A stretch of 64,000 nt of DNA, taken from positions 65,175-129,174 of the forward strand of contig CAZEMO010000005.1 in the NCBI GenBank assembly GCA_964513375.1, written 5' to 3'. The stretch comes from an uncultured Bacteriovoracaceae bacterium. GTDB taxonomy: Bacteria; Desulfobacterota; Desulfomonilia; UBA1062. The notes under the pieces were generated by a model, which made no database searches, was not told where the DNA came from, and saw only the letters and a list, made by a program, of their open reading frames with translations. This document shows, piece by piece, positions 16,842 to 27,827 of the stretch. The position numbers and the translations under genes are program-made. The first letter of the stretch is position 1; each line of letters opens with the position of its first letter.

Positions 16842-18374
16842 TTAGATACCTTTTCTTTTTTTTATAAATTCCATTTTATTAATCGCATTTATCAGCGCTC
16901 TTGCTGAAGCGACAAGTATATCGGGGTCAGCACCATGTCCTATTGACACCAGCTCACGGTCTCTCAGTTCAACAGCAACCTCACCCTGGGCATCTGTTCC
17001 GCCTGTTATTGAACTCACGCTGAATCTCTGAAGTTCTGCATTGTACCCGGTCATTTTTATGATGGTCTTGAACAGTGCATCTACAGGACCGTTCCCAAAC
17101 CCAGCATCAAGCAAAACCTCCCCATCAACACTTAGCTGAACAGTTGCTGTCGGAATTGTTACTGTACCTGAACTGACGTTTATATTTTTCAATTCATATC
17201 TGTCCGGAATCCTGTAGATTTCTTCAATTACAATTGCCTCGATATCGGCATCATATACTTTCTTCTTCTTATCAGAAATCTCCTTGAAGCGGCTGAATAC
17301 CTTTTTCAACTCGTCTTCATTGAGATTGTAACCCATACCCTTCAACCGGTTGTCCAAAGCATGTTTGCCGGAATGCTTACCCAGAACAAGCTGAGATTTA
17401 CCTATCCCGACTGCTTCAGGTGTCATTATTTCATATGTAGTGCGTTCTTTCAGGAAACCATCCTGATGAATGCCTGATTCATGTGCAAATGCATTTGACC
17501 CTACAATGGCCTTGTTAGGCTGCACGGGAATACCCGTAATATGAGAGACAAGGCGGCTCGCCGGGTATATCTGAGAGGTATCGATTCCGTTTTTCAGGTG
17601 ATACAGGTCTTTGCGCACGTTCATAATCATCACAACTTCTTCAAGCGATGTATTGCCCGCGCGTTCACCAATACCGTTTATTGTGCACTCGATTTGACGT
17701 GCGCCAGCCAGAACGGCAGATATCGAATTGGCTGTGGCAAGGCCCAGATCATTATGGCAGTGGACAGAAATAATTGCCTTATTGATATCTTTCACCTTGT
17801 TTACAAGATGTTTGATAAGGTTTGAAAATTCCTGCGGGGTGGTATATCCAACGGTATCCGGTACATTCAGAGTATCAGCTCCCGCTGCAATTGCCGTCGA
17901 GAAGACTTCAGCAAGAAAATCCCAATCTGAGCGGGTCGCATCCTCTGCTGAAAATTCTATGTTGGGAGAAAGCGATTTGCATAAACCGACGGAATATTCA
18001 ACATGCCTTAAGACCTCATTGCGTTCCATTCGGAGTTTGTATTTGAGGTGGATATCCGAAGTGGCTATAAACGTATGCAGCCCCGGGTTCTTTGCTTCCC
18101 TCACAGCATCCCATGCCGTCATTATGTCCTTTTCTCTGGCACGGCAGAGGCCTACTATCTGCGGCTTTTTTATCTCGGCCGCAACTGCCTGTACTGCATC
18201 AAAATCTCCAGGTGAAGTTATAGGAAAACCGGCTTCAATCTTATCTACACCAAGCAATTCAAGCTGTTTTGCCACAATAACTTTCTCATGAACATCCATT
18301 GTGGCGCCGGGAGACTGCTCCCCGTCTCTCAGTGTTGTGTCAAATATTAGGATTCTCTCTTGGGATTGTTTCAT
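16842..18374 (-). CDS. leuA: 2-isopropylmalate synthase
   Basis: 510 aa, ILIFDTTLRDGEQSPGATM...HCHNDLGLATANS, plus a C-terminal regulatory domain. Confidence 0.85.
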   Translation of the reverse strand: MKQSQERILIFDTTLRDGEQSPGATMDVHEKVIVAKQLELLGVDKIEAGFPITSPGDFDAVQAVAAEIKKPQIVGLCRAREKDIMTAWDAVREAKNPGLHTFIATSDIHLKYKLRMERNEVLRHVEYSVGLCKSLSPNIEFSAEDATRSDWDFLAEVFSTAIAAGADTLNVPDTVGYTTPQEFSNLIKHLVNKVKDINKAIISVHCHNDLGLATANSISAVLAGARQIECTINGIGERAGNTSLEEVVMIMNVRKDLYHLKNGIDTSQIYPASRLVSHITGIPVQPNKAIVGSNAFAHESGIHQDGFLKERTTYEIMTPEAVGIGKSQLVLGKHSGKHALDNRLKGMGYNLNEDELKKVFSRFKEISDKKKKVYDADIEAIVIEEIYRIPDRYELKNINVSSGTVTIPTATVQLSVDGEVLLDAGFGNGPVDALFKTIIKMTGYNAELQRFSVSSITGGTDAQGEVAVELRDRELVSIGHGADPDILVASARALINAINKMEFIKKRKGI

Positions 18375-19167
18375 CTATTTCCTCGCTTGCAGCCTTCCTG
18401 TTCCTTAAGAAAAGGTACTGGATAATATTAAGAATTACCCCGCCGATTACGAAGGTCATTGTAAGGAGGAAAGCCATCATTTCAGGCTGATAAGCTACAA
18501 CCATAAGCAGTAGCACGCCTGCTACCAGTAGCTGGAACGGATGGGCCTTTATATAATTCACATGTTTGAAGCTCGGATATTTTATAGTGCTGACCATCAG
18601 AAATGCCAGGAAAAATACGCCTGCCAGGACAGGAACGCCTCTGATTGATTCAATAACAGAAACTGCATATGGAATATTTCGATAATCATTCATCGACCCG
18701 TAGACAAGCAGTATGCTGGCTAGAGTTACAGCTGCAACCGGGATAGGAAGGCCGGTAAATTTTGTCCCATCGCCTGATGTGTCAGTATTGAAACGCGCCA
18801 GCCTCAGGGCACCACAGGCAACATAAACAAAACTGGCAAGGAATCCCATCCTGCCGAATTCTGAAAGTTCCCACAGGTAAACCATTATTGCAGGGGCAAC
18901 TCCGAAACATATTACATCGCAGAGGGAATCATATTCTTTTCCGAATGCAGAGGTTGAATTGGTTGCACGCGCAATTCTTCCGTCTACTCCATCGATGAAA
19001 CCAGCCAGAACAATCATGATTGCAGCATTAAAAAAATTACCTCTCAGTGAAAACAATATTGAAAAAAAACCGAAGAAAAGGCCTATTGTTGTTACAAAAT
19101 TCGGCAACAGGGGAATTCTGTTTTTCAACTCATCATTGTTCAGCCTTCTGAATCTTCTTCTTTTCAT
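18340..19167 (-). CDS. pssA: CDP-diacylglycerol--serine O-phosphatidyltransferase (CDP-alcohol phosphatidyltransferase family)
   Basis: DG-x2-AR...G...D-x3-D motif (GFIDGVDGRIARATNS...DSLCD) and multiple TM segments. The start was placed at the internal ATG (MKRRRFRRLNNDEL), 2 nt after the ilvC stop. Confidence 0.7.
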   Translation of the reverse strand: MKRRRFRRLNNDELKNRIPLLPNFVTTIGLFFGFFSILFSLRGNFFNAAIMIVLAGFIDGVDGRIARATNSTSAFGKEYDSLCDVICFGVAPAIMVYLWELSEFGRMGFLASFVYVACGALRLARFNTDTSGDGTKFTGLPIPVAAVTLASILLVYGSMNDYRNIPYAVSVIESIRGVPVLAGVFFLAFLMVSTIKYPSFKHVNYIKAHPFQLLVAGVLLLMVVAYQPEMMAFLLTMTFVIGGVILNIIQYLFLRNRKAASEEIDETIPRENPNI

Positions 19168-19169
19168 GG

Positions 19170-20683
<1,514 letters not shown>

Positions 20684-20709
20684 ACCATCAATATCCTCTT
20701 ATATCGTTC

Positions 20710-22410
20710 TCATACAAGCAGCATGTTCTTAATTGGGGCTCCTGACGGCACCATAGGATACACATGTTCATCCGGATCGACCCTGAAATCAACAAATACC
20801 GGCCCCTTGATTTTTAATGCCTGCTTAACAGCAACTTCTACTTCCGATGGTTTGTTTACATGAAATCCGTTCGCCCCGTAAGCTTCTGCCAGCTTTACAA
20901 AATCAGGGGAAAAATTCATGGCAGTATGAGAATATCTTTTTCTATAAAACAGACACTGCCATTGTCTGACCATACCGAGGTTACAGTTGTTGAGAATCAT
21001 GACCTTCACATTAAGATTGTATTGCACAGCTGTCGCCAGTTCCTGGATATTCATCTGAATTGAGCCGTCTCCGGCGATATCGATAACAGTCCTGTCCGGA
21101 AATGCCGCTTGAGCACCAATTGCTGCAGGGAAGCCATATCCCATGGTCCCCAGTCCGCCGGAAGAAAGGAACAGCCTCGGTTTGTTGAATCTGTAGAACT
21201 GCGCTGTCCACATCTGGTTCTGTCCGACTTCAGTCGTGATTATTGCATCTTCAGGAGAAAGCCTGTCTATTGTTTCAATAACATTCTGGGGCTTGATCAT
21301 TTGATCAGAGTAATCGTATTTAAGCGGCATATGTTCTTTCCAGTAATCTATTTCTTTGTTCCAGGGCTCGATCTCTCTGTGAAGTTCATCAACGTCTTTT
21401 GATCTGTTTTCAAGCAGAGCAAGCATGTCTGTCAGTACACTCCTGCAGTCGCCGACCACAGGCAGGTCAACTTTAACATTCTTGCTTATGGATGTAGGAT
21501 CGATATCAATATGAATAATTTTTGCTTTTGGCGAGAATTCGTCGATCTTTCCTGTAACACGGTCATCAAATCTGGCGCCTATCGAAATAAGGCAGTCTGA
21601 CTCATGTACGGCCATATTTGCATAATATGTGCCGTGCATCCCCAGCATCCCGAGAAAACCCCTCTCGTCTGTAGGGAATGCGCCAAGCCCCATAAGCGTT
21701 AATGCTACCGGTATATGGGTTGCGCGTGCAAACTCTTTCAGTTCTTCCGCAGCATTTGAAAGTATGATCCCGCCACCGGCATAAATTACAGGCCTTTTGC
21801 TCTTTATTATGGTATCAACGATCCTTTTGACCTGACCCGGATGTCCCTTATATGTCGGCGAGTAGCCCCTCAGGTGAACTTCTTCAGGATATTTGAATAA
21901 TACCTGGGCATTCATCACATCTTTAGGAAGGTCGATTAAAACAGGACCAGGCCTTCCTGTCCTGGCAATATAAAATGCCTCCTTGATTATCCTTGGAAGG
22001 TGGTTCACATCTTTGACTAAAAAATTATGTTTTGTGCATGACCTTGTGATACCCACGATATCTGCTTCCTGAAAGGCGTCATTTCCTATCAGGTGTGTCG
22101 ATACCTGGCCTGAAAACACGACGACAGGAATGGAATCCATGTATGCAGTTGCAAGCCCTGTAACAGTATTTGTCGCTCCCGGCCCTGAAGTGACAACGCA
22201 GACCCCGACATTTCCGCTTGCCCTTGCATAGCCATCAGCAGCATGGACTGCCCCCTGTTCATGCCTGACAAGAATGAATTCAATGTCTTTCGCATCATAA
22301 AGCATGTCAAAAATATCCAGGACAGCTCCGCCTGGGTAACCGAATACATGCTTCACTCCCTCGCATCTGAGGGATTCGATGAGCGCTAATGCGCCCTTAA
22401 TTTTCGTCAT
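20710..22410 (-). CDS. ilvB: Acetolactate synthase large subunit (ThDP-dependent)
   Basis: 566 aa with ThDP/FAD-binding motifs ([20 protein letters not shown]). Confidence 0.85.
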   Translation of the reverse strand: MTKIKGALALIESLRCEGVKHVFGYPGGAVLDIFDMLYDAKDIEFILVRHEQGAVHAADGYARASGNVGVCVVTSGPGATNTVTGLATAYMDSIPVVVFSGQVSTHLIGNDAFQEADIVGITRSCTKHNFLVKDVNHLPRIIKEAFYIARTGRPGPVLIDLPKDVMNAQVLFKYPEEVHLRGYSPTYKGHPGQVKRIVDTIIKSKRPVIYAGGGIILSNAAEELKEFARATHIPVALTLMGLGAFPTDERGFLGMLGMHGTYYANMAVHESDCLISIGARFDDRVTGKIDEFSPKAKIIHIDIDPTSISKNVKVDLPVVGDCRSVLTDMLALLENRSKDVDELHREIEPWNKEIDYWKEHMPLKYDYSDQMIKPQNVIETIDRLSPEDAIITTEVGQNQMWTAQFYRFNKPRLFLSSGGLGTMGYGFPAAIGAQAAFPDRTVIDIAGDGSIQMNIQELATAVQYNLNVKVMILNNCNLGMVRQWQCLFYRKRYSHTAMNFSPDFVKLAEAYGANGFHVNKPSEVEVAVKQALKIKGPVFVDFRVDPDEHVYPMVPSGAPIKNMLLV

Positions 22411-22444
22411 GTTTTCCCCTTAATTTTTCAAGAAAAGATATTCT

Positions 22445-22666
22445 TTACTTTCTATGCATCCTTAGAATATCTTCAATTCGATCTTTGCCAGCAAGCTTGA
22501 GCTTTTGTATTTCTCTTCGTTTGAGTTCATCTTCTGCACTGAGATATTTCTTCTTGTTGAATTCTTCAAGTTTTACCTTGTAATCCAGGTGCTCCTCCCA
22601 AAGCTTTTTCAGTTCAGGACTATCCGGGATGATTTTGGTAATAAGTTGCAAGTCTTTTTCTTCCAT
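22445..22666 (-). CDS. DUF465 (YdcH-like) family small protein
   Basis: 73-76 aa, coiled-coil, LKKLWEEHLDYKVKLEEF...ELKRREIQKLKL. It is 34 nt upstream of ilvB and co-oriented with it. The track start is a GTG, and an ATG lies 3 codons in. Confidence 0.45.
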   Translation of the reverse strand: MEEKDLQLITKIIPDSPELKKLWEEHLDYKVKLEEFNKKKYLSAEDELKRREIQKLKLAGKDRIEDILRMHRK

Positions 22667-22867
22667 CTTCTTCACTTCCTTTATTTAAGATGTTTTATTA
22701 GAAATAAACCATGTATTAGCCCTATGTCAACAAGGTTACCTGTCAGGTTATCAAAGAATTCCGAAGGTAAATCTGCTTTTTTAATAATATCCTATACTAT
22801 AGAAAATCTTATGCTCTTTTAAGCTGCATCAAAACTCTACAGATAGGGTACCGTCAGCATTAAATGA

Positions 22868-23191
22868 TTATGATTTTTTTTTCTTAGTAATTGATTTCTC
22901 TGCAGTCAACAAAGACTCCAGTCCTTTTGCATCTGCCCGGTTAAATTCAATTGCCATTCCATATGGTGTGGTTCTCACAACATGGCCTTGAGTCCAAACA
23001 ACCTTGCCTATACTTTCAGCATCTATATCAATAAAAACATATGCACCGGATTTGCTCAGATTAGATACCTTAAGAAACATGCCGCTCATACTCAGATTGC
23101 TGACTCGCCCTATGTATGTTTCCGGTGTGTCCTCATAATACTGAGCCCTCAGATCAACCGACACTCTTTCGTATAATCTTTTTTCTTCCAT
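22868..23191 (-). CDS. PilZ domain protein (c-di-GMP binding)
   Basis: RLYER (RxxxR) and NLSMSG (D/NxSxxG) motifs. 107 aa. An SD is present. Confidence 0.65.
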   Translation of the reverse strand: MEEKRLYERVSVDLRAQYYEDTPETYIGRVSNLSMSGMFLKVSNLSKSGAYVFIDIDAESIGKVVWTQGHVVRTTPYGMAIEFNRADAKGLESLLTAEKSITKKKKS

Positions 23192-23321
23192 GATGCCCCC
23201 CTATTGCAGTTAAAATTAAAAGATTTATATTAAATTCACAATAAAAGAATTATACTAATTGGGCAATAGTATATTTAAGGACCACTGAATGTCAATTATC
23301 ACGGACAAGGAGATATAAAAT

Positions 23322-24794
23322 ATGGATGAAAGCTTAAGAAAAAAGCTCGATGCAATGTTTTTCCCGGAATCAGTTGCAATTATAGGGGCTTCGGATATCC
23401 CCGGGAAATGGGGATTTATGATTACGACTGCAATATTAAGCGGGGGATTCAAGGGGAAAATATACCCAATCAATACAAAGAAAGATCTTATCCTTGACCT
23501 GAAAACCTACCCTGACCTCGAATCGGTTCCAGACAAAATCGATCTGGCAATAATAACAATACCCGCGACACATGTAGCAAAAGCATTAGAAGATTGCATA
23601 AAAAAGGGGACTACATCGGTAGTGATAATCTCATCAGGATTCAAAGAAACAGGCGAAGAAGGTCTTAAACTGGAACATGAAATTGACGAAATAGCTAAAA
23701 ACTCGGGCCTTGTGTTCTTAGGGCCGAATACGATGGGTTCAATATCAACTCATGCCGGTTTGACTGCAATAGGCGTTCCTGTATTTCCTGGCAAAGGCAG
23801 TCTCGGAGTTATTTCACAGAGCGGCAACATAGGCGTGCAAATTATTCAGTGGACCATCAACAGGGGCATGGGTGTCTGCTTCTATGCAGGGACCGGAAAT
23901 GAGGCGATTCTTAAAGCAGGCACTCTTCTGGAATATTTTGGAGAAAGGGATGAGGTCAATGGCATTGCCATGTACCTTGAAGGTGTGGAAAATGGCAGGC
24001 AATTCATGGAGATAGCAAGAAAAACTACAAGGAAAAAACCTGTTGTTGCGCTTAAGACTGGCAGATCCAAGACGGGGTCTAAAGCAGCTCAGTCCCATTC
24101 AGGAGCAATGGCAGGGTCATTTGAAACATATACCGCCATGTTCAAACAAACAGGCATAATACAGGTCAAAAATCCTACCGAATTGCTTAACGTGGCAGGC
24201 GCCATGACTAACCTTCCGATTCCGAAATCCAACAGGGTAGGAATAATGAGCCTCGGAGGAGGCTGGGGCGTGGTCACCGCTGATGAATGTGAAAGTCGGG
24301 GTCTTGTCCTTCCTGCATTATCAGATGACATTATTGAAGAATTGAACAAGTATGTCCCGGCATACTGGAACAAGTCCAATCCGATAGACCTTGTCGGTGA
24401 AAACAAGCCCGAATTGCATTTAAAGGCACTGGAGCTCCTGGCAAATTGGGACATGATTGATTCCATTATTACTCTGGGCGTTGTCGGTACGCTTAAAATA
24501 GTTGAAGATTTCATACAGTCCCAGGAGAAGCTGCTCGGAAGCCTGTTTGGAAAGGAGCTCAAGCTTTCGATAATAAAAGACCACATTAAAACGGAAAACA
24601 GATTCATATCCGAAATGGCTCGTCTGCAAAAGGTGACTGGTAAGCCCATAATTGCAGTATCTCTCGGAGAAGGCATCCAGACATTGCAGCATACATCCTA
24701 CGGACCAGCATTATGCCTTACAACACCTGAGGAGGCGGCAAGCATTCTGTCTTATATGGCAAGTTACAGTCATTATCTTAACAACTTCGATTAA
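23322..24794 (+). CDS. NDP-forming acyl-CoA synthetase alpha-like protein (CoA-binding plus succinyl-CoA-synthetase-like domains, no ATP-grasp beta)
   Basis: N-terminal VAIIGASDIPGKWG...IPATHVAKALEDCIKKG (CoA-binding), then a GPNTMG ligase-CoA domain. 490 aa. An AAGGAGA SD is present. Confidence 0.6.
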   Translation: MDESLRKKLDAMFFPESVAIIGASDIPGKWGFMITTAILSGGFKGKIYPINTKKDLILDLKTYPDLESVPDKIDLAIITIPATHVAKALEDCIKKGTTSVVIISSGFKETGEEGLKLEHEIDEIAKNSGLVFLGPNTMGSISTHAGLTAIGVPVFPGKGSLGVISQSGNIGVQIIQWTINRGMGVCFYAGTGNEAILKAGTLLEYFGERDEVNGIAMYLEGVENGRQFMEIARKTTRKKPVVALKTGRSKTGSKAAQSHSGAMAGSFETYTAMFKQTGIIQVKNPTELLNVAGAMTNLPIPKSNRVGIMSLGGGWGVVTADECESRGLVLPALSDDIIEELNKYVPAYWNKSNPIDLVGENKPELHLKALELLANWDMIDSIITLGVVGTLKIVEDFIQSQEKLLGSLFGKELKLSIIKDHIKTENRFISEMARLQKVTGKPIIAVSLGEGIQTLQHTSYGPALCLTTPEEAASILSYMASYSHYLNNFD

Positions 24795-24879
24795 AGTGAT
24801 CGCAATATGCACAAGGAGAGCATGAAAAGCCTAATATCACTGCATTGACACATTTCAGGCCATACTATATAAAATAATT

Positions 24880-25407
24880 ATGGAATTACTCATCAGTGCC
24901 AGTAAAATAGCTGAAAAAGTTAAAAATATGGGCATGCAGATAAGCAGGGAATACCAGTCAAAAAATTTACACATCCTTGTTATTCTCAAAGGCTCTTTCA
25001 TGTTTGCTTCTGACCTGGCAAGAAATATTGACATCCCATTCCACATTGATTTTGTTAGAATATCGACATACGGAAATAAAGATAGACCCGATGCCAGGCC
25101 AGCAGTAACCATGGACCAGAAAATTGATATAAGAGGACAAGATGTCCTTGTAGTTGATGACATTTTAGATACGGGGCACACACTTTATGCCTTCAATGAA
25201 ATGCTTGGCCTCTTGAACCCTAATTCTATAAAAATATGCACCCTGCTGGATAAATCATGCAGGCGTGAGGCGGATATCAGTCCCGATTTTTGCGGGTTCA
25301 AGATAAATGACGGTTTTGTGGTAGGATACGGACTGGATTATGCCGAAAAATTCAGGGGACTGCCTCAGATATATGTCCTCAACGAAGAGGAAATAAAGCA
25401 GGGATAA
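24880..25407 (+). CDS. hpt: Hypoxanthine phosphoribosyltransferase
   Basis: 175 aa with the PRPP-binding motif VLVVDDILDTGHTL. Confidence 0.8.
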   Translation: MELLISASKIAEKVKNMGMQISREYQSKNLHILVILKGSFMFASDLARNIDIPFHIDFVRISTYGNKDRPDARPAVTMDQKIDIRGQDVLVVDDILDTGHTLYAFNEMLGLLNPNSIKICTLLDKSCRREADISPDFCGFKINDGFVVGYGLDYAEKFRGLPQIYVLNEEEIKQG

Positions 25408-25408
25408 A

Positions 25409-26236
25409 ATGATAATAATCTGCCCGAAATGCTCAAGTAAATTCAAGGTTGATGATGCCCTTCTGCAAAAGCAGGGAATCAGAATGAGATGCAGCGTATG
25501 TTCCAACATCTTCACTCTTGAAAAGGAAATACCCGACCTGGTTGAATCCGAACCGGACAAACCGGAAATGCAAGACATTCAGAAAAAACAAGACGAATAT
25601 GATGCTCAATACGAATCCACTCCTATTGATACAGGACTGACATTCTCTGGAAACAACCAGCCTGCTGCCGATGAATCAGTTGTTGAAAAATCAATTATTA
25701 CAAAAAAAGCCAAATCACAGAGCTTGAGAAATACCCTGACAGGTCTTTTTGTAATGATCATCATAGCAATCGCCCTGATACTCTCATACAGCAAAACCGG
25801 AAGTTTGAGGCTTTTTGATTGGAATAGCGAAAAATCATCTCAGAAGGAAGCTGTTTATCCTTTTTCAATAAAGGATACTGATACTACTTTCAAGTATCTC
25901 AACATCGAAGAAAGGGGTCAAATCCTGATAATAAAGGGGATAGTAAGAAAAAATGAGTACAAGCCTCTGAAATCTTTGCAGGTTGAAATAAGGATATATA
26001 GTAAAGAAAACAATTTGCTCGCCACCAAGACCGTGTATGCCGGAAGAGTACCGCTCGATACAGACTTTTTATTGAAAAAAGAGTCCGATATTGATGCCAT
26101 GTTAATGGACAGCAGCAGCTCACTCGGTGTTCTTTCACAGGTTAACGAAATACCTTTTTCGGTTGCATTCTTCGGACAGCCTGTATTGAGCACATCATCG
26201 ATCCAAGCTGAAGTAAAGGAATACGTTTGGCAATAA
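25409..26236 (+). CDS. Zinc-ribbon (MJ0042-type) plus DUF3426 membrane protein
   Basis: N-terminal CPKCSSKF...CSVCSNIF zinc ribbon, one TM segment (LFVMIIIAIALIL), and a C-terminal DUF3426-like domain. Confidence 0.5.
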   Translation: MIIICPKCSSKFKVDDALLQKQGIRMRCSVCSNIFTLEKEIPDLVESEPDKPEMQDIQKKQDEYDAQYESTPIDTGLTFSGNNQPAADESVVEKSIITKKAKSQSLRNTLTGLFVMIIIAIALILSYSKTGSLRLFDWNSEKSSQKEAVYPFSIKDTDTTFKYLNIEERGQILIIKGIVRKNEYKPLKSLQVEIRIYSKENNLLATKTVYAGRVPLDTDFLLKKESDIDAMLMDSSSSLGVLSQVNEIPFSVAFFGQPVLSTSSIQAEVKEYVWQ

Positions 26237-26333
26237 AAGATATCAGCTCTTCCGGTAAAATAATACTTGCACAGGCGCTTCTAATCTCTGCTACTCTTAT
26301 TGGCAATTCCAAAGGAAGAAAATGGGAATCATA

Positions 26334-26753
26334 ATGGCAATCGACTATGGCGTTAAAAGGCTTGGAGTTGCGATAAGCAATCCGGAGAAAACAATGTCCG
26401 TCCCGCTGACAATTATTGATGTGCGACCAGACGATTCTCATTATAAATCCATTATCAGTCTGATCGATGATTACAACGTGGAGGAGCTTATTATAGGCCT
26501 TCCTTATAATATGGATGGTACGCTGGGAACTTCAGGCAATAATGTCATTCAATGGTCAGCATCACTTAAAGAAATGATTGGAATTCCTGTTAATCTATGG
26601 GATGAAAGGCTTTCAACATTTGAGGCTCATAACATGCTTGCCCAGATAAATGTAAAACACAAGAAAAGAAAAAGGATTGTCGATTCCCTTGCTGCTAGTA
26701 TAATTCTGCAGAACTACATTGACTCGAAAAATAATGATAAAGAAAAAGATTAA
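26334..26753 (+). CDS. ruvX: Holliday junction resolvase-like protein YqgF/RuvX
   Basis: MAIDYGVKRLGVAISN...GLPYNMDGT, an RNase H-like fold. Confidence 0.8.
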   Translation: MAIDYGVKRLGVAISNPEKTMSVPLTIIDVRPDDSHYKSIISLIDDYNVEELIIGLPYNMDGTLGTSGNNVIQWSASLKEMIGIPVNLWDERLSTFEAHNMLAQINVKHKKRKRIVDSLAASIILQNYIDSKNNDKEKD

Positions 26754-27741
26754 AATTACATTGATGATTTCCCTGGTCATTCTGATATGCAGCATAGCCG
26801 GGGGAATCTCATTATTTCTATATACTCCAATAGCTCCAGGCAGGCTTATTTCCGTTGAGATCAAGCCTGGAACAAGTGCCTGGGAAATATCTGAACTATT
26901 GAAAGAAAACAAAATTATCACTAACGCACCCATGTTCATGGCCCTGGCCATGGTCAGACAGAAGGCAAAAAATCTGCGTGCCGGAACTTATCGCTTTGAC
27001 GGCAACCATTACCCCGACGAGATATTAAAGATGCTGTTCAAAGGCGATTATGTAAAATACAGGCTGACCATCAAGGAAGGTTACAATATCTTTGACATCG
27101 CAGAAAGACTGAAATCAGAAAAAATATATTTTTCAAAAGAGGATTTCATTAAAACTGCAATGTCAGAAGATACCACAAAGATATTCGGGGTGAAGGCCCC
27201 GAGCATGGAAGGTTTTCTATACCCCGACACATATGAAATAATACCCCATATGACTCCGAACGAGATTATCGACAGGATGGTGAGCAGATTCAATGAAAAA
27301 TATTCGCCTGAAATGAGATTAAGAGCAAAGCAGATTGGTTTCACCGAGCTTGAAGTCCTGACTCTTGCTTCAATGATTGAAAAGGAAGCACAGCGTGAAA
27401 ACGAAAAGACAATCATTTCCTCTGTATTTCACAACAGACTCCGTGTGGGAATGAAACTGCAGTCAGATCCCACTGCCATATACGGCCTGCCGGGTTTTAG
27501 AAGGAAGATAGAGCCTCATGATTTGAAAAGAGATACACCCTACAACACCTACCTTCATCCAGGACTGCCGCCCGGACCAATTTGCAGCCCCAGCCAGAGT
27601 TCCATCAAGGCCGCTCTCTGGCCTGATGATACAAGATATTTATTTTTTGTTTCAAAAGGCAATGGGCGCCACCAGTTTTCACATACCTACAGTGAACACA
27701 GTGTGGGTATAGAAAACCTTAAATCTCTGAAAAACCGATAA
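26719..27741 (+). CDS. mltG: Endolytic murein transglycosylase MltG (YceG family)
   Basis: N-terminal TM segment and a YceG-like domain (SMIEKEA...DPTAIYG...YNTYLHPGLPPGPICSPS). Confidence 0.75.
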   Translation: MTRKIMIKKKIKITLMISLVILICSIAGGISLFLYTPIAPGRLISVEIKPGTSAWEISELLKENKIITNAPMFMALAMVRQKAKNLRAGTYRFDGNHYPDEILKMLFKGDYVKYRLTIKEGYNIFDIAERLKSEKIYFSKEDFIKTAMSEDTTKIFGVKAPSMEGFLYPDTYEIIPHMTPNEIIDRMVSRFNEKYSPEMRLRAKQIGFTELEVLTLASMIEKEAQRENEKTIISSVFHNRLRVGMKLQSDPTAIYGLPGFRRKIEPHDLKRDTPYNTYLHPGLPPGPICSPSQSSIKAALWPDDTRYLFFVSKGNGRHQFSHTYSEHSVGIENLKSLKNR

Positions 27742-27827
27742 TTCATTAAAGTATTTCTATTTTTCTTTCGATAAATAACTTGCCTGCCAGGATAGGGCTA
27801 TAACTTATAAAGAGGTTTTTTAAAATC

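Noticed and set aside
17728-18291. 187-aa plus-strand ORF and other 60-95 aa ORFs inside leuA, leuC, ilvB and the ACD-alpha gene
   Set aside because: They are antisense or offset frames within strongly supported biosynthetic genes and have no independent signals.
24089-24676. 195-aa minus-strand ORF opposite the NDP-forming acyl-CoA synthetase-like gene
   Set aside because: It is antisense to a CDS with clear CoA-binding motifs and an SD, and its composition is Ser/Pro-rich and low-complexity.
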